Positions 48,401 through 57,982 of a stretch of DNA of 64,000 bases are shown one piece after another. The first letter of the stretch is position 1. Every line of letters begins with the position of its first letter. The position numbers and the translations under genes were made by a program. The notes under the pieces were generated by a model that saw only the letters and a list, made by a program, of their open reading frames with translations, did not search any database and was not told the origin of the DNA. This stretch comes from an uncultured delta proteobacterium (GTDB taxonomy: Bacteria; Desulfobacterota; RBG-13-43-22): positions 62,934 to 126,933 of the forward strand of contig CAWGEQ010000034.1 of assembly GCA_963821645.1 (NCBI GenBank), written 5' to 3'.

Positions 48401-49480
48401 ATGAAGGCACCTGCCACCCCCTTAGGGGTAACGTTGGAGGTATTGGCCCGCTTGGTGGAAGGGGAAGTCCGGGGGACCTGTGAAGAGTTGATCATTGGCA
48501 TTACCGGGATTCGTGAGGCCGGAAAGGGCCAAATTACTTTCTTGGTCAACCCAAAGTACGGCAAGGACCTGGAAACGACCCAGGCCTCGGCCGTGATCGT
48601 CGGGCGCCAATTCCCCGAAACGAAGAAGCCTTTGATAGTAACCGCCAATCCTTATTTGGCCTATGCCCGGATCGCCCAATTTTTTGCTCCCGGGCCGGGA
48701 CACCCGAAAGGCATCGATTCCTTGGCCCATGTGGGCCAAGACTGTCTAATCGGGGAAAACAGTTCAATTTATCCCTTCGTCTATTTAGGAAATCGGGTAA
48801 AGATAGAAAACGGGGTTAGGCTGTATCCCGGCGTTTTTGTCGGCGATGACGCCCGGATCGGGAAGGATTCCCTCATCTATCCCAATGTTTCCATCCTGGC
48901 GGGAACGATTATCGGGCAGCGGGTGATCATTCATAGTGGGACGGTCATCGGGAGTGATGGATTCGGTTTCGCCCAGGACGGGATGATCCATGTCAAGATC
49001 CCTCAGATGGGGATCGTCCAGATTGATGATGACTGCGAAATCGGGGCCAATAATACCATCGACCGGGCGGCCCTGGGCAAGACCTGGATCAAAACCGGGG
49101 TCAAAACCGATAATCAGGTCCATGTGGCCCATAATGTGGTGGTCGGCGAGTACTCCCTTTTGATCGCCCAGGTGGGCATATCCGGAAGTGCTACCCTGGG
49201 GAAAGGGGTCATTCTGGCCGGTCAGGTCGGAGTGGCCGGACATATCACCATCGGGGATAGGGTTATGGTGGGGGGTAAATCAGGAGTGGCTAAATCGATT
49301 CCGGCCGGTGAGATCGTTTCAGGCAATCCGACCATGCCCCATCAGATCTATTTACGCACCCGGACCCTCATTCAGCGATTACCGGAGATGGCCAAAAAGA
49401 TACGGTCATTGGAGGATCGAATACGTCTCTTAGAGGCCGAGACCGAAAAGGAGAGGAAGGAAGAACATGGAAATAAGTAA
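48401..49480 (+). CDS. lpxD: UDP-3-O-(3-hydroxyacyl)glucosamine N-acyltransferase
   Basis: Left-handed beta-helix hexapeptide repeats, N-terminal LpxD uridine-binding region, C-terminal coiled coil. Confidence 0.85.
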   Translation: MKAPATPLGVTLEVLARLVEGEVRGTCEELIIGITGIREAGKGQITFLVNPKYGKDLETTQASAVIVGRQFPETKKPLIVTANPYLAYARIAQFFAPGPGHPKGIDSLAHVGQDCLIGENSSIYPFVYLGNRVKIENGVRLYPGVFVGDDARIGKDSLIYPNVSILAGTIIGQRVIIHSGTVIGSDGFGFAQDGMIHVKIPQMGIVQIDDDCEIGANNTIDRAALGKTWIKTGVKTDNQVHVAHNVVVGEYSLLIAQVGISGSATLGKGVILAGQVGVAGHITIGDRVMVGGKSGVAKSIPAGEIVSGNPTMPHQIYLRTRTLIQRLPEMAKKIRSLEDRIRLLEAETEKERKEEHGNK

Positions 49481-49928
49481 TGAGGAAATCCAACAGATTT
49501 TACCCCATCGTTATCCCTTTTTACTTTTAGATCGGATCCTGGATTTTACTTTGAATGAAAAGGTGATCGGTTTGAAGAATGTGACCGTCAATGAACCCTT
49601 TTTTCAAGGGCATTTCCCCGGAAAACCGATCATGCCCGGGGTTTTGATTATTGAAGCCATGGCCCAGGCCGGAGGGATCCTGGCCTATAAATCCACGCCG
49701 GAACTGGCGGGAAAATTAATCTATTTTTTGGCCATGGATAAGGTAAAATTTAGAAAACCGGTGGTTCCGGGGGATCAATTGATTTTGGAATTAACCGCCT
49801 TACGCCGGGGACACAGGGTCTGGAAGATGCAGGGTAAGGGTTTTGTCCGGGATACCTTGGTAGCCGAGGCGGAACTCACCGCGGCCATTGCCGACGGTAA
49901 AGATTCGCAGATCGGCGAGGAGGTATAA
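49467..49928 (+). CDS. fabZ: 3-hydroxyacyl-ACP dehydratase FabZ
   Basis: 'ILPHRYPFLLLDRI', 'FFQGHFPGKPIMPGVLIIEAMAQ' hot-dog fold motifs. Confidence 0.9.
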   Translation: MEISNEEIQQILPHRYPFLLLDRILDFTLNEKVIGLKNVTVNEPFFQGHFPGKPIMPGVLIIEAMAQAGGILAYKSTPELAGKLIYFLAMDKVKFRKPVVPGDQLILELTALRRGHRVWKMQGKGFVRDTLVAEAELTAAIADGKDSQIGEEV

Positions 49929-50713
49929 TGCCCCAATCATTGATCCACCCAACGGCCATTATAAATCCCCGGGTCGAATTGGGCCAAGAGGTCTCCGTAG
50001 GCGCTTACACGGTCATCGAAGGGGATGTTTTTGTTGATGTCGGCACCCAGATAGGGCCCCATGTCTATATCGACCACTATACCCGAATCGGGAAGAACTG
50101 TCGGATCTCCCCTTTTGCTTCCATCGGAACTCCCCCGCAGGATAAAAAATTCAAAGGGGAGAAAACGGAGGTCGTGATCGGAGACGAAAATGTCATCCGC
50201 GAGTATGTGACTATCAACAGGGGGACGCCCACCGGGGGCGGAATGACTTCCCTGGGGGACCAGAACCTTTTAATGGCCTATGTCCATGTGGCCCATGATT
50301 GTCATCTGGGGAACGGGATCGTCATGGCCAATGTGGCTACCCTGGGCGGCCATGTAGTCTTAGAAGATTATTGCTTCATAGGAGGGCTGTCGGCTGTCCA
50401 TCAATTTGTACGGGTGGGAGCCCATGCTTATATCGGGGGGAAAACCGGGATCGTTCAGGACATTCCTCCTTATGTTATCGCCTCCGGGGAACGGGCCAAG
50501 CTGTACGGCTTGAATATTATCGGTTTGACCCGTCATGCCTTCTCCAATGAGGTCATTATGGCTTTAAAGAAGACCTATCAAATTGTGATTCGTTCTCATC
50601 TGACCATACAGGAGGCCATTATTCGGGTTGAAAAAGAAATCCCCCCTTTTCCGGAAGTCAACCGATTTTTAGAATTTATTCGAAATTCCCAACGGGGTAT
50701 CACTCGCAAATGA
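49928..50713 (+). CDS. lpxA: acyl-ACP--UDP-N-acetylglucosamine O-acyltransferase
   Basis: Hexapeptide repeats, 'HVAHDCHLGN', C-terminal helical domain. It follows fabZ with a 1-nt overlap. Confidence 0.9.
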   Translation: MPQSLIHPTAIINPRVELGQEVSVGAYTVIEGDVFVDVGTQIGPHVYIDHYTRIGKNCRISPFASIGTPPQDKKFKGEKTEVVIGDENVIREYVTINRGTPTGGGMTSLGDQNLLMAYVHVAHDCHLGNGIVMANVATLGGHVVLEDYCFIGGLSAVHQFVRVGAHAYIGGKTGIVQDIPPYVIASGERAKLYGLNIIGLTRHAFSNEVIMALKKTYQIVIRSHLTIQEAIIRVEKEIPPFPEVNRFLEFIRNSQRGITRK

Positions 50714-51519
50714 ACCAATCGATCCCTATCGGATTGATAGCCGGGGGCGGAAATTTCCCTATTCTAATCGCCCAGGCCGCCCAAAAAGAGGGAAAGAAAG
50801 TGGTGGTGGTGGCCCATGAGGGGGAAACCCGGCCGGAGTTGGCCTCTCTGGTGGAAAAAATTTTTTGGATCCGTCTGGGAGAATTTGGAAAGTTGCTCCG
50901 GATTTTTAAGAGTGAAGGGGTAAAGGACGTCATCATGGCCGGGGGGATTGATAAAAAGAAGATGTTTTCCAAGGTCCGCCCCGATCTGAAAGGGCTGTTA
51001 ATCCTGGCCAAGATGGGACATCGGAAGGATGACTTTATTTTACGAACAGTGGCGATCGAATTAGAGAAAGAAGGGCTTCGGGTCTATCCTTCTACCGCCT
51101 TTCTTCCTTCCCTTTTGGCCCCTCCGGGGGTTTTAACCAAGCGTATCCCTACGGCCGAGGAAAAACGAGATATCGACTTTGGCTGGGCTCAGGCCAAGGA
51201 ATTGGGCAAGTTGGATATCGGCCAGTGCCTGGTGGTTCGAAACGGGGCGGTCGTAGCCGTAGAGGCCATCGAGGGGACCGATGAGACCATCCGTCGTGGA
51301 GGGCAATTGGCCCGGGAGAAGGCCGTGGTCATCAAGGTCAGTAAACCCTTCCAGGACCTTCGCTTCGACCTGCCGGCTGTTGGGGAGCAGACCATTCGGA
51401 CCATGCACGAGGTCAAGGCCGATGTCTTGGCCGTCGAGGCCCATAAGACCTTGATTTTTGACCGGGAAGCCACCGTTCGGTTGGCCGATAAGCATAAGAT
51501 GGTGATTGTTTCGAGGTAA
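50710..51519 (+). CDS. lpxI: UDP-2,3-diacylglucosamine pyrophosphatase LpxI (DUF1009)
   Basis: 269 aa. 'IGLIAGGGNFPILIA', 'DVIMAGGI', 'DIGQCLVVRNGAVVAVEAIEGTDETIRRGG' fit the LpxI family. No lpxH is present in the cluster. Confidence 0.75.
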   Translation: MNQSIPIGLIAGGGNFPILIAQAAQKEGKKVVVVAHEGETRPELASLVEKIFWIRLGEFGKLLRIFKSEGVKDVIMAGGIDKKKMFSKVRPDLKGLLILAKMGHRKDDFILRTVAIELEKEGLRVYPSTAFLPSLLAPPGVLTKRIPTAEEKRDIDFGWAQAKELGKLDIGQCLVVRNGAVVAVEAIEGTDETIRRGGQLAREKAVVIKVSKPFQDLRFDLPAVGEQTIRTMHEVKADVLAVEAHKTLIFDREATVRLADKHKMVIVSR

Positions 51520-51769
51520 GCAGGTCAGTAAGGCGCGATGAATCCTTAAGCCCTATTTAGTCCAAAAATAAAAACCAAGAATTCAGAATAAAAAATTCCT
51601 AATTCGTTGATTCTAAGTTTAGTGCGAAAATGCGAATATTAAATATCGAATTTCAAATTTCAAATCATGGAGGGATTTGTTTTCCCCTTCCTTCGACATC
51701 TATTATTCGATATTCGATAATCGATGTTTTCATATTTCGTGGCGCTCCGCAGGGGTCCAAGGATTTTGT

Positions 51770-52789
51770 ATGAAAAAAATAAGGGTCGGTGTAGTTGGAG
51801 TCGGACACCTTGGGAAATACCATGTAGAGAAGTATGCCCGGATGCCGGAAGTGGTCCTGGCCGGCGTTGCCGACATCGATCAGGAACGTCGGGAAGCCAT
51901 AACAGGGCAGTACCATGTCCCCGGATATGAAAACTATCGTCAATTGATACCTGAAGTGGATGCGGTCAGTATCGTCGTCCCGACCACCCTGCATGCCCCG
52001 GTGGCCAAGGATTTTTTAAATCAAAAAATCGATTGCCTGATTGAAAAACCCATCAGCCAGTCCTTGCCCGAGGCCGAAGAATTGATTTCCTTGGCCAGGG
52101 CCAAGGGGTGTCTGCTGCAGATTGGACATTTAGAACGATTCAACCCGGCCTATCTTAAAGCAAGGCCCTTTATTAAAACTCCTCTGTTTATTGAAAGCCA
52201 TCGCTTGAGTCCCTTTAAGGCCAGGGGCATTGATGTGGACGTAATCCTGGACCTGATGATTCATGACCTGGACCTGATATTGCATTTGGTCCAATCTCCG
52301 GCGACCCAGATTCAAGCCGTGGGGGTGCCGGTGGTTTCTCCACGGGTGGATATCGCCAATGTGCGGCTTCAGTTTGAAAACGGGTGTGTGGCCAATATTA
52401 CCGCCAGTCGGATCTCGCTCCAGGAAATGCGCAAAATGAGAATCTTCCAGCCGGCGGCCTACCTCTCCCTGGATTTTGGGAAAAAATCCTATACCATGGT
52501 CCGCCTGGAACAGGACGAAGGTAGTGCATCCTTTAGCCCCCAGTTTATTGCCGAGAAGGGGTCTTCCGAATCCGGTGACGCCCTCGAGATGGAGTTGCGG
52601 TCTTTTATTGAGGCCGTCAGAACCCGTTCGACCCCGGCGGTTTGCGGTGAAGAGGGCAGGGACGCTCTGGCCATGGCCCTGTGGATCAATCAGGAAATTC
52701 AAAAGAATTTTAAATTGGCCGATCAATATCCCGGGGCCCTGGATTTCTTAAAAGAATCGGAATATACCTCCTGCCTCGGGGAATCTTGA
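51770..52789 (+). CDS. Gfo/Idh/MocA-family NAD(P)-dependent oxidoreductase embedded in the lipid A cluster (possible GnnA-like UDP-GlcNAc 3-dehydrogenase)
   Basis: 'MKKIRVGVVGVGHLGKYH' Rossmann start and 'EKP' motif (LIEKPIS). It sits between lpxI and lpxB. The GnnA assignment is inferred from position only. Confidence 0.55.
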   Translation: MKKIRVGVVGVGHLGKYHVEKYARMPEVVLAGVADIDQERREAITGQYHVPGYENYRQLIPEVDAVSIVVPTTLHAPVAKDFLNQKIDCLIEKPISQSLPEAEELISLARAKGCLLQIGHLERFNPAYLKARPFIKTPLFIESHRLSPFKARGIDVDVILDLMIHDLDLILHLVQSPATQIQAVGVPVVSPRVDIANVRLQFENGCVANITASRISLQEMRKMRIFQPAAYLSLDFGKKSYTMVRLEQDEGSASFSPQFIAEKGSSESGDALEMELRSFIEAVRTRSTPAVCGEEGRDALAMALWINQEIQKNFKLADQYPGALDFLKESEYTSCLGES

Positions 52790-52845
52790 TGAATTCGTAA
52801 AAAGTCCCCCGAATCGTCATCAAAATTTTGTTAAGGAGTTAACCA

Positions 52846-53982
52846 ATCAAAAAAATCTGTCTCATCGCCGGAGAAGCCTCTGGAGATCTCCACGGGGCTT
52901 CTCTGGTCAAGGCCCTTAACCAAGGGGAAGAACCGGTCTCCCTTTATGGACTCGGCGGCCCCCTTCTAAGGGAAATGGGCCTGGAGATGGTCTATCCCCC
53001 CCCTTTAAATGTGGTGGGTTTTACTGAGGTACTGTTTAAAATTTCTCATTTATTCAAGGCCTATCAAAAGGTCAAGGAGGTTTTGCGGTCCAACAAACCC
53101 GACCTGATTATCCTGATTGATTATCCGGACATGAACCTTCGTTTGGCCGCGGCGGCCCATAAGGAAAAAATTCCGGTCCTGTATTATATCAGTCCCCAGG
53201 TTTGGGCCTGGCGTACGGGACGGGTAAAAACCATTGCCCGTTACGTGGACCGCATGGCGGTTATCCTTCCCTTTGAGGTTGAGTTTTATAAATCTTTTGG
53301 GGTAAAGGTCGAATTTGTCGGTCACCCGCTCTTAGACAGGATGGAAAAAGGAATTCCCCAAGAAGGGCCTGTTTTTCCAAATCCCTCCGAGGAAAGAACG
53401 GTCATCGGCCTCTTGCCTGGGAGCCGGCCGACCGAGATAAAGGGCATCCTGCCCGTCCTTTTGGAAACGGCTGCCCTGTTGACTCGCCAATATGGCCAAA
53501 AGGTTCGGTTTCTCCTTCCCGTGGCCAGTACCTTGGATTCCAGATCCATCCAGGAAGAAATCCGGCCTTACCAAAACCGGGGAGTTTCCATTGAACTGGC
53601 TACCGGGGATTCTCTGAAGACCCTGGCCCGTTGTTATCAGGCTATTGTAGCCTCGGGCACGGTGACCTTGGAAGCGGCCATTTTAGGCCTTCCGATCCTT
53701 ATTGTTTATAAGGTCACTCCGGTCAATTATTGGATCGCCCGTCACTTGATTGATGTCCCTTATGTGGGACTGGTCAACTGGGTGGCCGGGGAGAAAATCA
53801 TCCCCGAATATATACAATCGGAAGCCCTTCCCGAGGCCATTGCCGCGGGCTCTATGAGATATCTGGAGGATCCAGGATATTATCAGCATATCCGGGGAGA
53901 GCTCTTAAAGGTTCGTCAGAAGCTGGGGGGTCCCGGGGCCTCTTGGCGAGTAGCCCAAATGGCCAGGGAGATGATGAATTGA
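52846..53982 (+). CDS. lpxB: lipid-A-disaccharide synthase LpxB; no canonical start codon (apparent ATC start 7 nt after an AAGGAG RBS)
   Basis: In-frame translation from 52843 gives 'PIKKICLIAGEASGDLHGASLVKAL...', the conserved LpxB N-terminus, immediately after a TAA stop. The track ORF starts at an internal Met (52975). Confidence 0.75.
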   Translation: MKKICLIAGEASGDLHGASLVKALNQGEEPVSLYGLGGPLLREMGLEMVYPPPLNVVGFTEVLFKISHLFKAYQKVKEVLRSNKPDLIILIDYPDMNLRLAAAAHKEKIPVLYYISPQVWAWRTGRVKTIARYVDRMAVILPFEVEFYKSFGVKVEFVGHPLLDRMEKGIPQEGPVFPNPSEERTVIGLLPGSRPTEIKGILPVLLETAALLTRQYGQKVRFLLPVASTLDSRSIQEEIRPYQNRGVSIELATGDSLKTLARCYQAIVASGTVTLEAAILGLPILIVYKVTPVNYWIARHLIDVPYVGLVNWVAGEKIIPEYIQSEALPEAIAAGSMRYLEDPGYYQHIRGELLKVRQKLGGPGASWRVAQMAREMMN

Positions 53983-53983
53983 G

Positions 53984-55714
53984 ATGATCACCCAAAGACT
54001 TATTCAATTAATAAAACCCTACTGGGTCCGGTTATTGGCCGCCATGTTTTGTATGTTGGTGGTGGCCGGGATTACCTCATTGATGGCCTTTATGGTCAAA
54101 CCGGTCCTGGATGATATTTTTTTCCAGAAGAAAGTATCCACCCTTTCTTTGCTGCCCCCCTTCATCATCCTCTTATATATCGTTAAGGGGTTTTTCGCTT
54201 ATGGGCAATCTTACCTGATGAGTTTTGTAGGCGAGAAGGTCGTGGCCAATTTAAGAGAGGGGCTGTATGCCCATTTGCAAAAACTTTCCCTCTCTTATTT
54301 TGATCGGACCGCCACCGGTCTGCTGATGTCCCGAATCATCAACGACGTTAACCTGATCCAAGGGGCTGTTTCCAATTCGGTGACCGGTTTCCTTAAGGAT
54401 TCATTTACCATCGTGGGCCTGATAGGGGTCATCTTTTACCGCGACTGGCGGTTGGCCATCCTGGCCATGTTGGTCCTTCCGATCGCCGTGCTCCCTATTG
54501 TAAAATTCGGAAGGAAGCTTAGAAAGATCAGTACCCAAAGTCAGAAAACTATGGCCGAGATTTCCATCCACCTCCATGAAACCCTCTCCGGAAATCGGAT
54601 CGTCAAAGCCTTCAGCACCGAAGACTATGAGATTGAACGCTTTAGAGACCGGGTTCGGAAATTTTTCCAATTAACCATGAAGGATGTTTCGATCAAATCC
54701 ATGTCCTCTCCCATTATGGAATTTTTGGGTGGTATCGGCATCGCCGCCATCATCTGGTATGGAGGATACAATGTCATTAAGGGCCAGTCCACTCCAGGCA
54801 CTTTCTTTTCCTTTTTAACGGCCCTGTTGATGCTCTATGAACCCATCAAACATTTGAGCGGGGTCAACAACACGATTCAACAAGGGATGGCGGCGGCCGT
54901 TCGTGTTTTTGAAATTTTGGACATAAAGGAGGAAATCCAAGATCAAAAAGGGGCCCGGGCGATAACGGGGATCCGACAGGGCCTCGTTTTTAAGAACGTG
55001 TCTTTCGGTTATGGAAACGATTGGGTGCTCAGGGACATCAATCTTGAAGTCAAGGCCGGTGAAATCGTGGCCATTGTCGGCACCAGCGGAGGCGGAAAGA
55101 CCACCTTGGTCAACCTGATTCCCAGATTTTATGAGGCCAGTGAGGGAGAAATTTTGATCGACGGCCGGTCCATTAAGGAGATTTCCCTGGCCTCTTTGCG
55201 CCGGCAGATCGGCATGGTCAGCCAGCAGACCATTCTGTTTAATGATACGGTACGCAACAATATCGCTTATGGATCACCGGATAAGACGGAAGAAGATATC
55301 ATCCGTGCGGCCCAGGCCGCTTATGCCTATGATTTCATCCAACGATTACCGGAGAAAATGGAAACCTTGATCGGTGAGCAGGGGATCCGCCTTTCCGGCG
55401 GAGAGCGTCAACGAATATCCATTGCCAGGGCCTTGCTCAAGGATGCCCCCATATTAATCCTGGATGAGGCCACTTCCTCCTTAGATTCGGATTCGGAGGC
55501 CGAGGTTCAACGGGCCTTGGAAAATTTGATGCACGGCCGGACCACCTTCATCATTGCCCATCGCTTTTCCACCATCCGAAACGTGGATCGGATCCTGGTG
55601 CTGTCCCAGGGAAGGATTGTGGAAGAAGGCAACCACGACCGGCTTATGGAACTGGATGGGGAATACAAAAGGCTTTATGAAATTCAGTTCCGGGAGAATG
55701 GGGTAATCCAGTAG
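53984..55714 (+). CDS. msbA: lipid A export ABC transporter permease/ATPase MsbA
   Basis: 576 aa. Six TM helices then an NBD with Walker A 'GTSGGGKTT', signature 'LSGGERQRISIARAL', Walker B 'ILILDEATS'. Confidence 0.85.
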   Translation: MITQRLIQLIKPYWVRLLAAMFCMLVVAGITSLMAFMVKPVLDDIFFQKKVSTLSLLPPFIILLYIVKGFFAYGQSYLMSFVGEKVVANLREGLYAHLQKLSLSYFDRTATGLLMSRIINDVNLIQGAVSNSVTGFLKDSFTIVGLIGVIFYRDWRLAILAMLVLPIAVLPIVKFGRKLRKISTQSQKTMAEISIHLHETLSGNRIVKAFSTEDYEIERFRDRVRKFFQLTMKDVSIKSMSSPIMEFLGGIGIAAIIWYGGYNVIKGQSTPGTFFSFLTALLMLYEPIKHLSGVNNTIQQGMAAAVRVFEILDIKEEIQDQKGARAITGIRQGLVFKNVSFGYGNDWVLRDINLEVKAGEIVAIVGTSGGGKTTLVNLIPRFYEASEGEILIDGRSIKEISLASLRRQIGMVSQQTILFNDTVRNNIAYGSPDKTEEDIIRAAQAAYAYDFIQRLPEKMETLIGEQGIRLSGGERQRISIARALLKDAPILILDEATSSLDSDSEAEVQRALENLMHGRTTFIIAHRFSTIRNVDRILVLSQGRIVEEGNHDRLMELDGEYKRLYEIQFRENGVIQ

Positions 55715-55725
55715 AGAGGCCGCTT

Positions 55726-56785
55726 ATGGAGTTTCGCTGGATAGACATGGATGAGGGAGAAGTACTCTGGGATCAAGCACTGAACCGGTTCCCCGGTGTC
55801 CCTTTTTCTTTGCTCTATGGCTGGCGAAAAGTTTATGAAAAAGCCTTGAAGCTAAAGACCCATTATCTTATGGTGGAAGCGGATGGCCAGGTAATGGGAC
55901 TCTGCCCCTTGGTTTATATGAAAAGCCCCTGGCTGGAGCGAGGGACCTTCCTCATCTCCTTGCCCTACATGACCAGGGCTGGAATATGCGCGCTGGATCA
56001 AAAGACCCGGGATACCATGATAAACCGGTTGATCGACAAGGCCCGGGAGTTAAAGGCCGGATTTGTCGAATTGAGGGAATTAACCTCCGACAGATTTCCG
56101 GCCTCTTTTCCTTCCAATGACGAACACGTCCAGATGGTCCTGGAGTTGACCGAGGATTGGGCCCGTTATGAAAAAGAAATTGCCCCTCGCCTGAGACAGG
56201 TGAAGAAGGCCCAAAAGGCAGGCTTGGAAATCAGGATCGGGAAGGGCGAAGATTTATTGTCCGATTTTTATAGGGTTTTTTCCCAAAGGATGAGGGAGCT
56301 TTTTTTCCCGGTTTACCCTAAAAATTATTTTAGGATGATTCTTAAAATATTTCAAGAAGAGGCCCAGTTGGTCCTGGTTTATGACCCAGGGAAAGCCTTT
56401 AGGGGGGATGCTCCTGTTTAAATTCAGGGACACCTGCAGTGCCCCTTATGTGGCCACTCTGGTCGAGCACCAGGTCTCGCATCCGAATCAGTTATTGTAT
56501 TATGGAGCCATCCGTCAGGCCTGGGAGGAGGGATACCGGAACTTTGACTTTTGCCGTAGTCAGATCCATTCCGGGACCTTCAACTTTAAGAGTCAGTGGA
56601 AAGCCAAGCCCCAGGGCCTGACCTATCTGTATCCGTTATGCAATGGGGAGCGGCCCGTGCCTTCGGTCGGCCAGGCCCAGAAATCCACGGCCTTTCTTTT
56701 AGCCGGGAAGATCTGGCCCCGTTTACCCCTCCCGGTGACCCAATGGTTAGGGGGGAAACTGATCAGACAATTGGTCTTGGCTTAA
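55726..56785 (+). pseudogene. FemAB-like / GNAT-fold acyltransferase (Acetyltransf_6-like), interrupted by a 1-nt frameshift at ~56384-56400
   Basis: ORF 55726-56421 (frame 1) and 56381-56785 (frame 2) together form one protein: '...QLVLVYD' + 'QGKPLGGMLLFKFRDTCSAPYVATLVEHQVSHPNQLLYYGAIRQAWEEGYRNFDFCRS'. Removing one C from 'gacccaggg' joins them. Confidence 0.55.
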
Positions 56786-56899
56786 AGAGATAGAAAGAAC
56801 GATCAGGAGTTAAGGGTAGCACAGCCGCCCCCGGCTGTGAAGATTGATGACCGGCGAGGGCGCCTGCCCTCCAGTGCCCCTTGAAACCTTTTGGAGATC

Positions 56900-57598
56900 A
56901 TGAAAACGACATTGATTATTGTCCCGGCTTATCAGGAAGAGGCCAATATCCTTCAGGTCCTCGGGGATATTCGAGCCCACATCCCCCAAGCCGACATCCT
57001 GGTGGTCAACGACGGCTCGACCGATCAAACCGCCTCTTTGGCCCGGGGAGTGGGGGTAAAAGTGATCGACCATCCCTTTAACATGGGGATCGGGGCGGCG
57101 GTTCAAACGGGTTTTAAATATGCCTGGGAACACCATTATTCGGAAGCCCTGCAGATCGACGGGGATTATCAGCATCCGGCCCAGGAAGGGCCAAGGTTGC
57201 TTCAGGTCCTAAACGAAAAGGGAGCGGACTTAGTGATCGGGTCGCGATTTGTCGAACCTACCGGTTATCGCGGTTCCTGGTTACGGCGGACCGGGAATCG
57301 ACTTTTTCAATGGGTGAATGCCTTAGTCGTCGGCCAGAAAATTATCGACAATACCTCCGGGTTCAGGGCCTATTCCCGTCGAGCCCTTGAACTACTGTCT
57401 CAGACCTATTTAGGAGAGTACCCGGAACCGGAATCGATCGGCTATCTCAAGAGCCAGGGCTGTTCCATCATTGAAGTTCCGGTCCGGATGCGGAACCGAA
57501 CCGGGGGAACCTCTTCCATTACCCCCTTGCGGAGTTTTTATTATATGGTCCGGGTTTTAACCTCAATCCTTTCTTTTAAACGACATTCCCGGAGGTGA
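56900..57598 (+). CDS. GT2 polyprenyl-phosphate glycosyltransferase (ArnC/LgmA-like)
   Basis: 'LIIVPAYQEEANI', 'ILVVNDGSTDQT', 'ADLVIGSRF' is the DPM1/ArnC-like architecture. Confidence 0.75.
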   Translation: MKTTLIIVPAYQEEANILQVLGDIRAHIPQADILVVNDGSTDQTASLARGVGVKVIDHPFNMGIGAAVQTGFKYAWEHHYSEALQIDGDYQHPAQEGPRLLQVLNEKGADLVIGSRFVEPTGYRGSWLRRTGNRLFQWVNALVVGQKIIDNTSGFRAYSRRALELLSQTYLGEYPEPESIGYLKSQGCSIIEVPVRMRNRTGGTSSITPLRSFYYMVRVLTSILSFKRHSRR

Positions 57599-57601
57599 CC
57601 C

Positions 57602-57982
57602 TTGAATTTTTTGATACTGAAAATAAGCACCTTTCTTTTGTCGGTATTCTTGTTGGTCTGGATTATATCCTTGGTCCGTCGAAGGCTTTTGATCGAAGAA
57701 TATTCCTTTTTATGGATCTGCATCGCCGGGATCTTTCTGGTCCTCTCTTTTTTCCATCCGATTATGGATAAAGTAGCCCACTGGATGGGGATTGACTATG
57801 GACCTTCGGCCCTGTTTTTATTTTTGAACGTGGTAACTATTTTCATCTTGATCCATGTCTCCATCCAGCTTTCCGACTATAAATCCAAAAAAAGGCTCCT
57901 CGCCCAGGAGATCGCCTTACTTAGGGACAAGGTTGAAGAACTTTCCCATAAGATGAGCACTCATGAATCTTCTAACCTTTGA
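57602..57982 (+). CDS. DUF2304-family small membrane protein (commonly paired with ArnC-like GT2)
   Basis: 126 aa, 3-4 TM helices, C-terminal amphipathic helix. The family assignment is from memory of the typical GT2+DUF2304 pairing. Confidence 0.5.
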   Translation: MNFLILKISTFLLSVFLLVWIISLVRRRLLIEEYSFLWICIAGIFLVLSFFHPIMDKVAHWMGIDYGPSALFLFLNVVTIFILIHVSIQLSDYKSKKRLLAQEIALLRDKVEELSHKMSTHESSNL

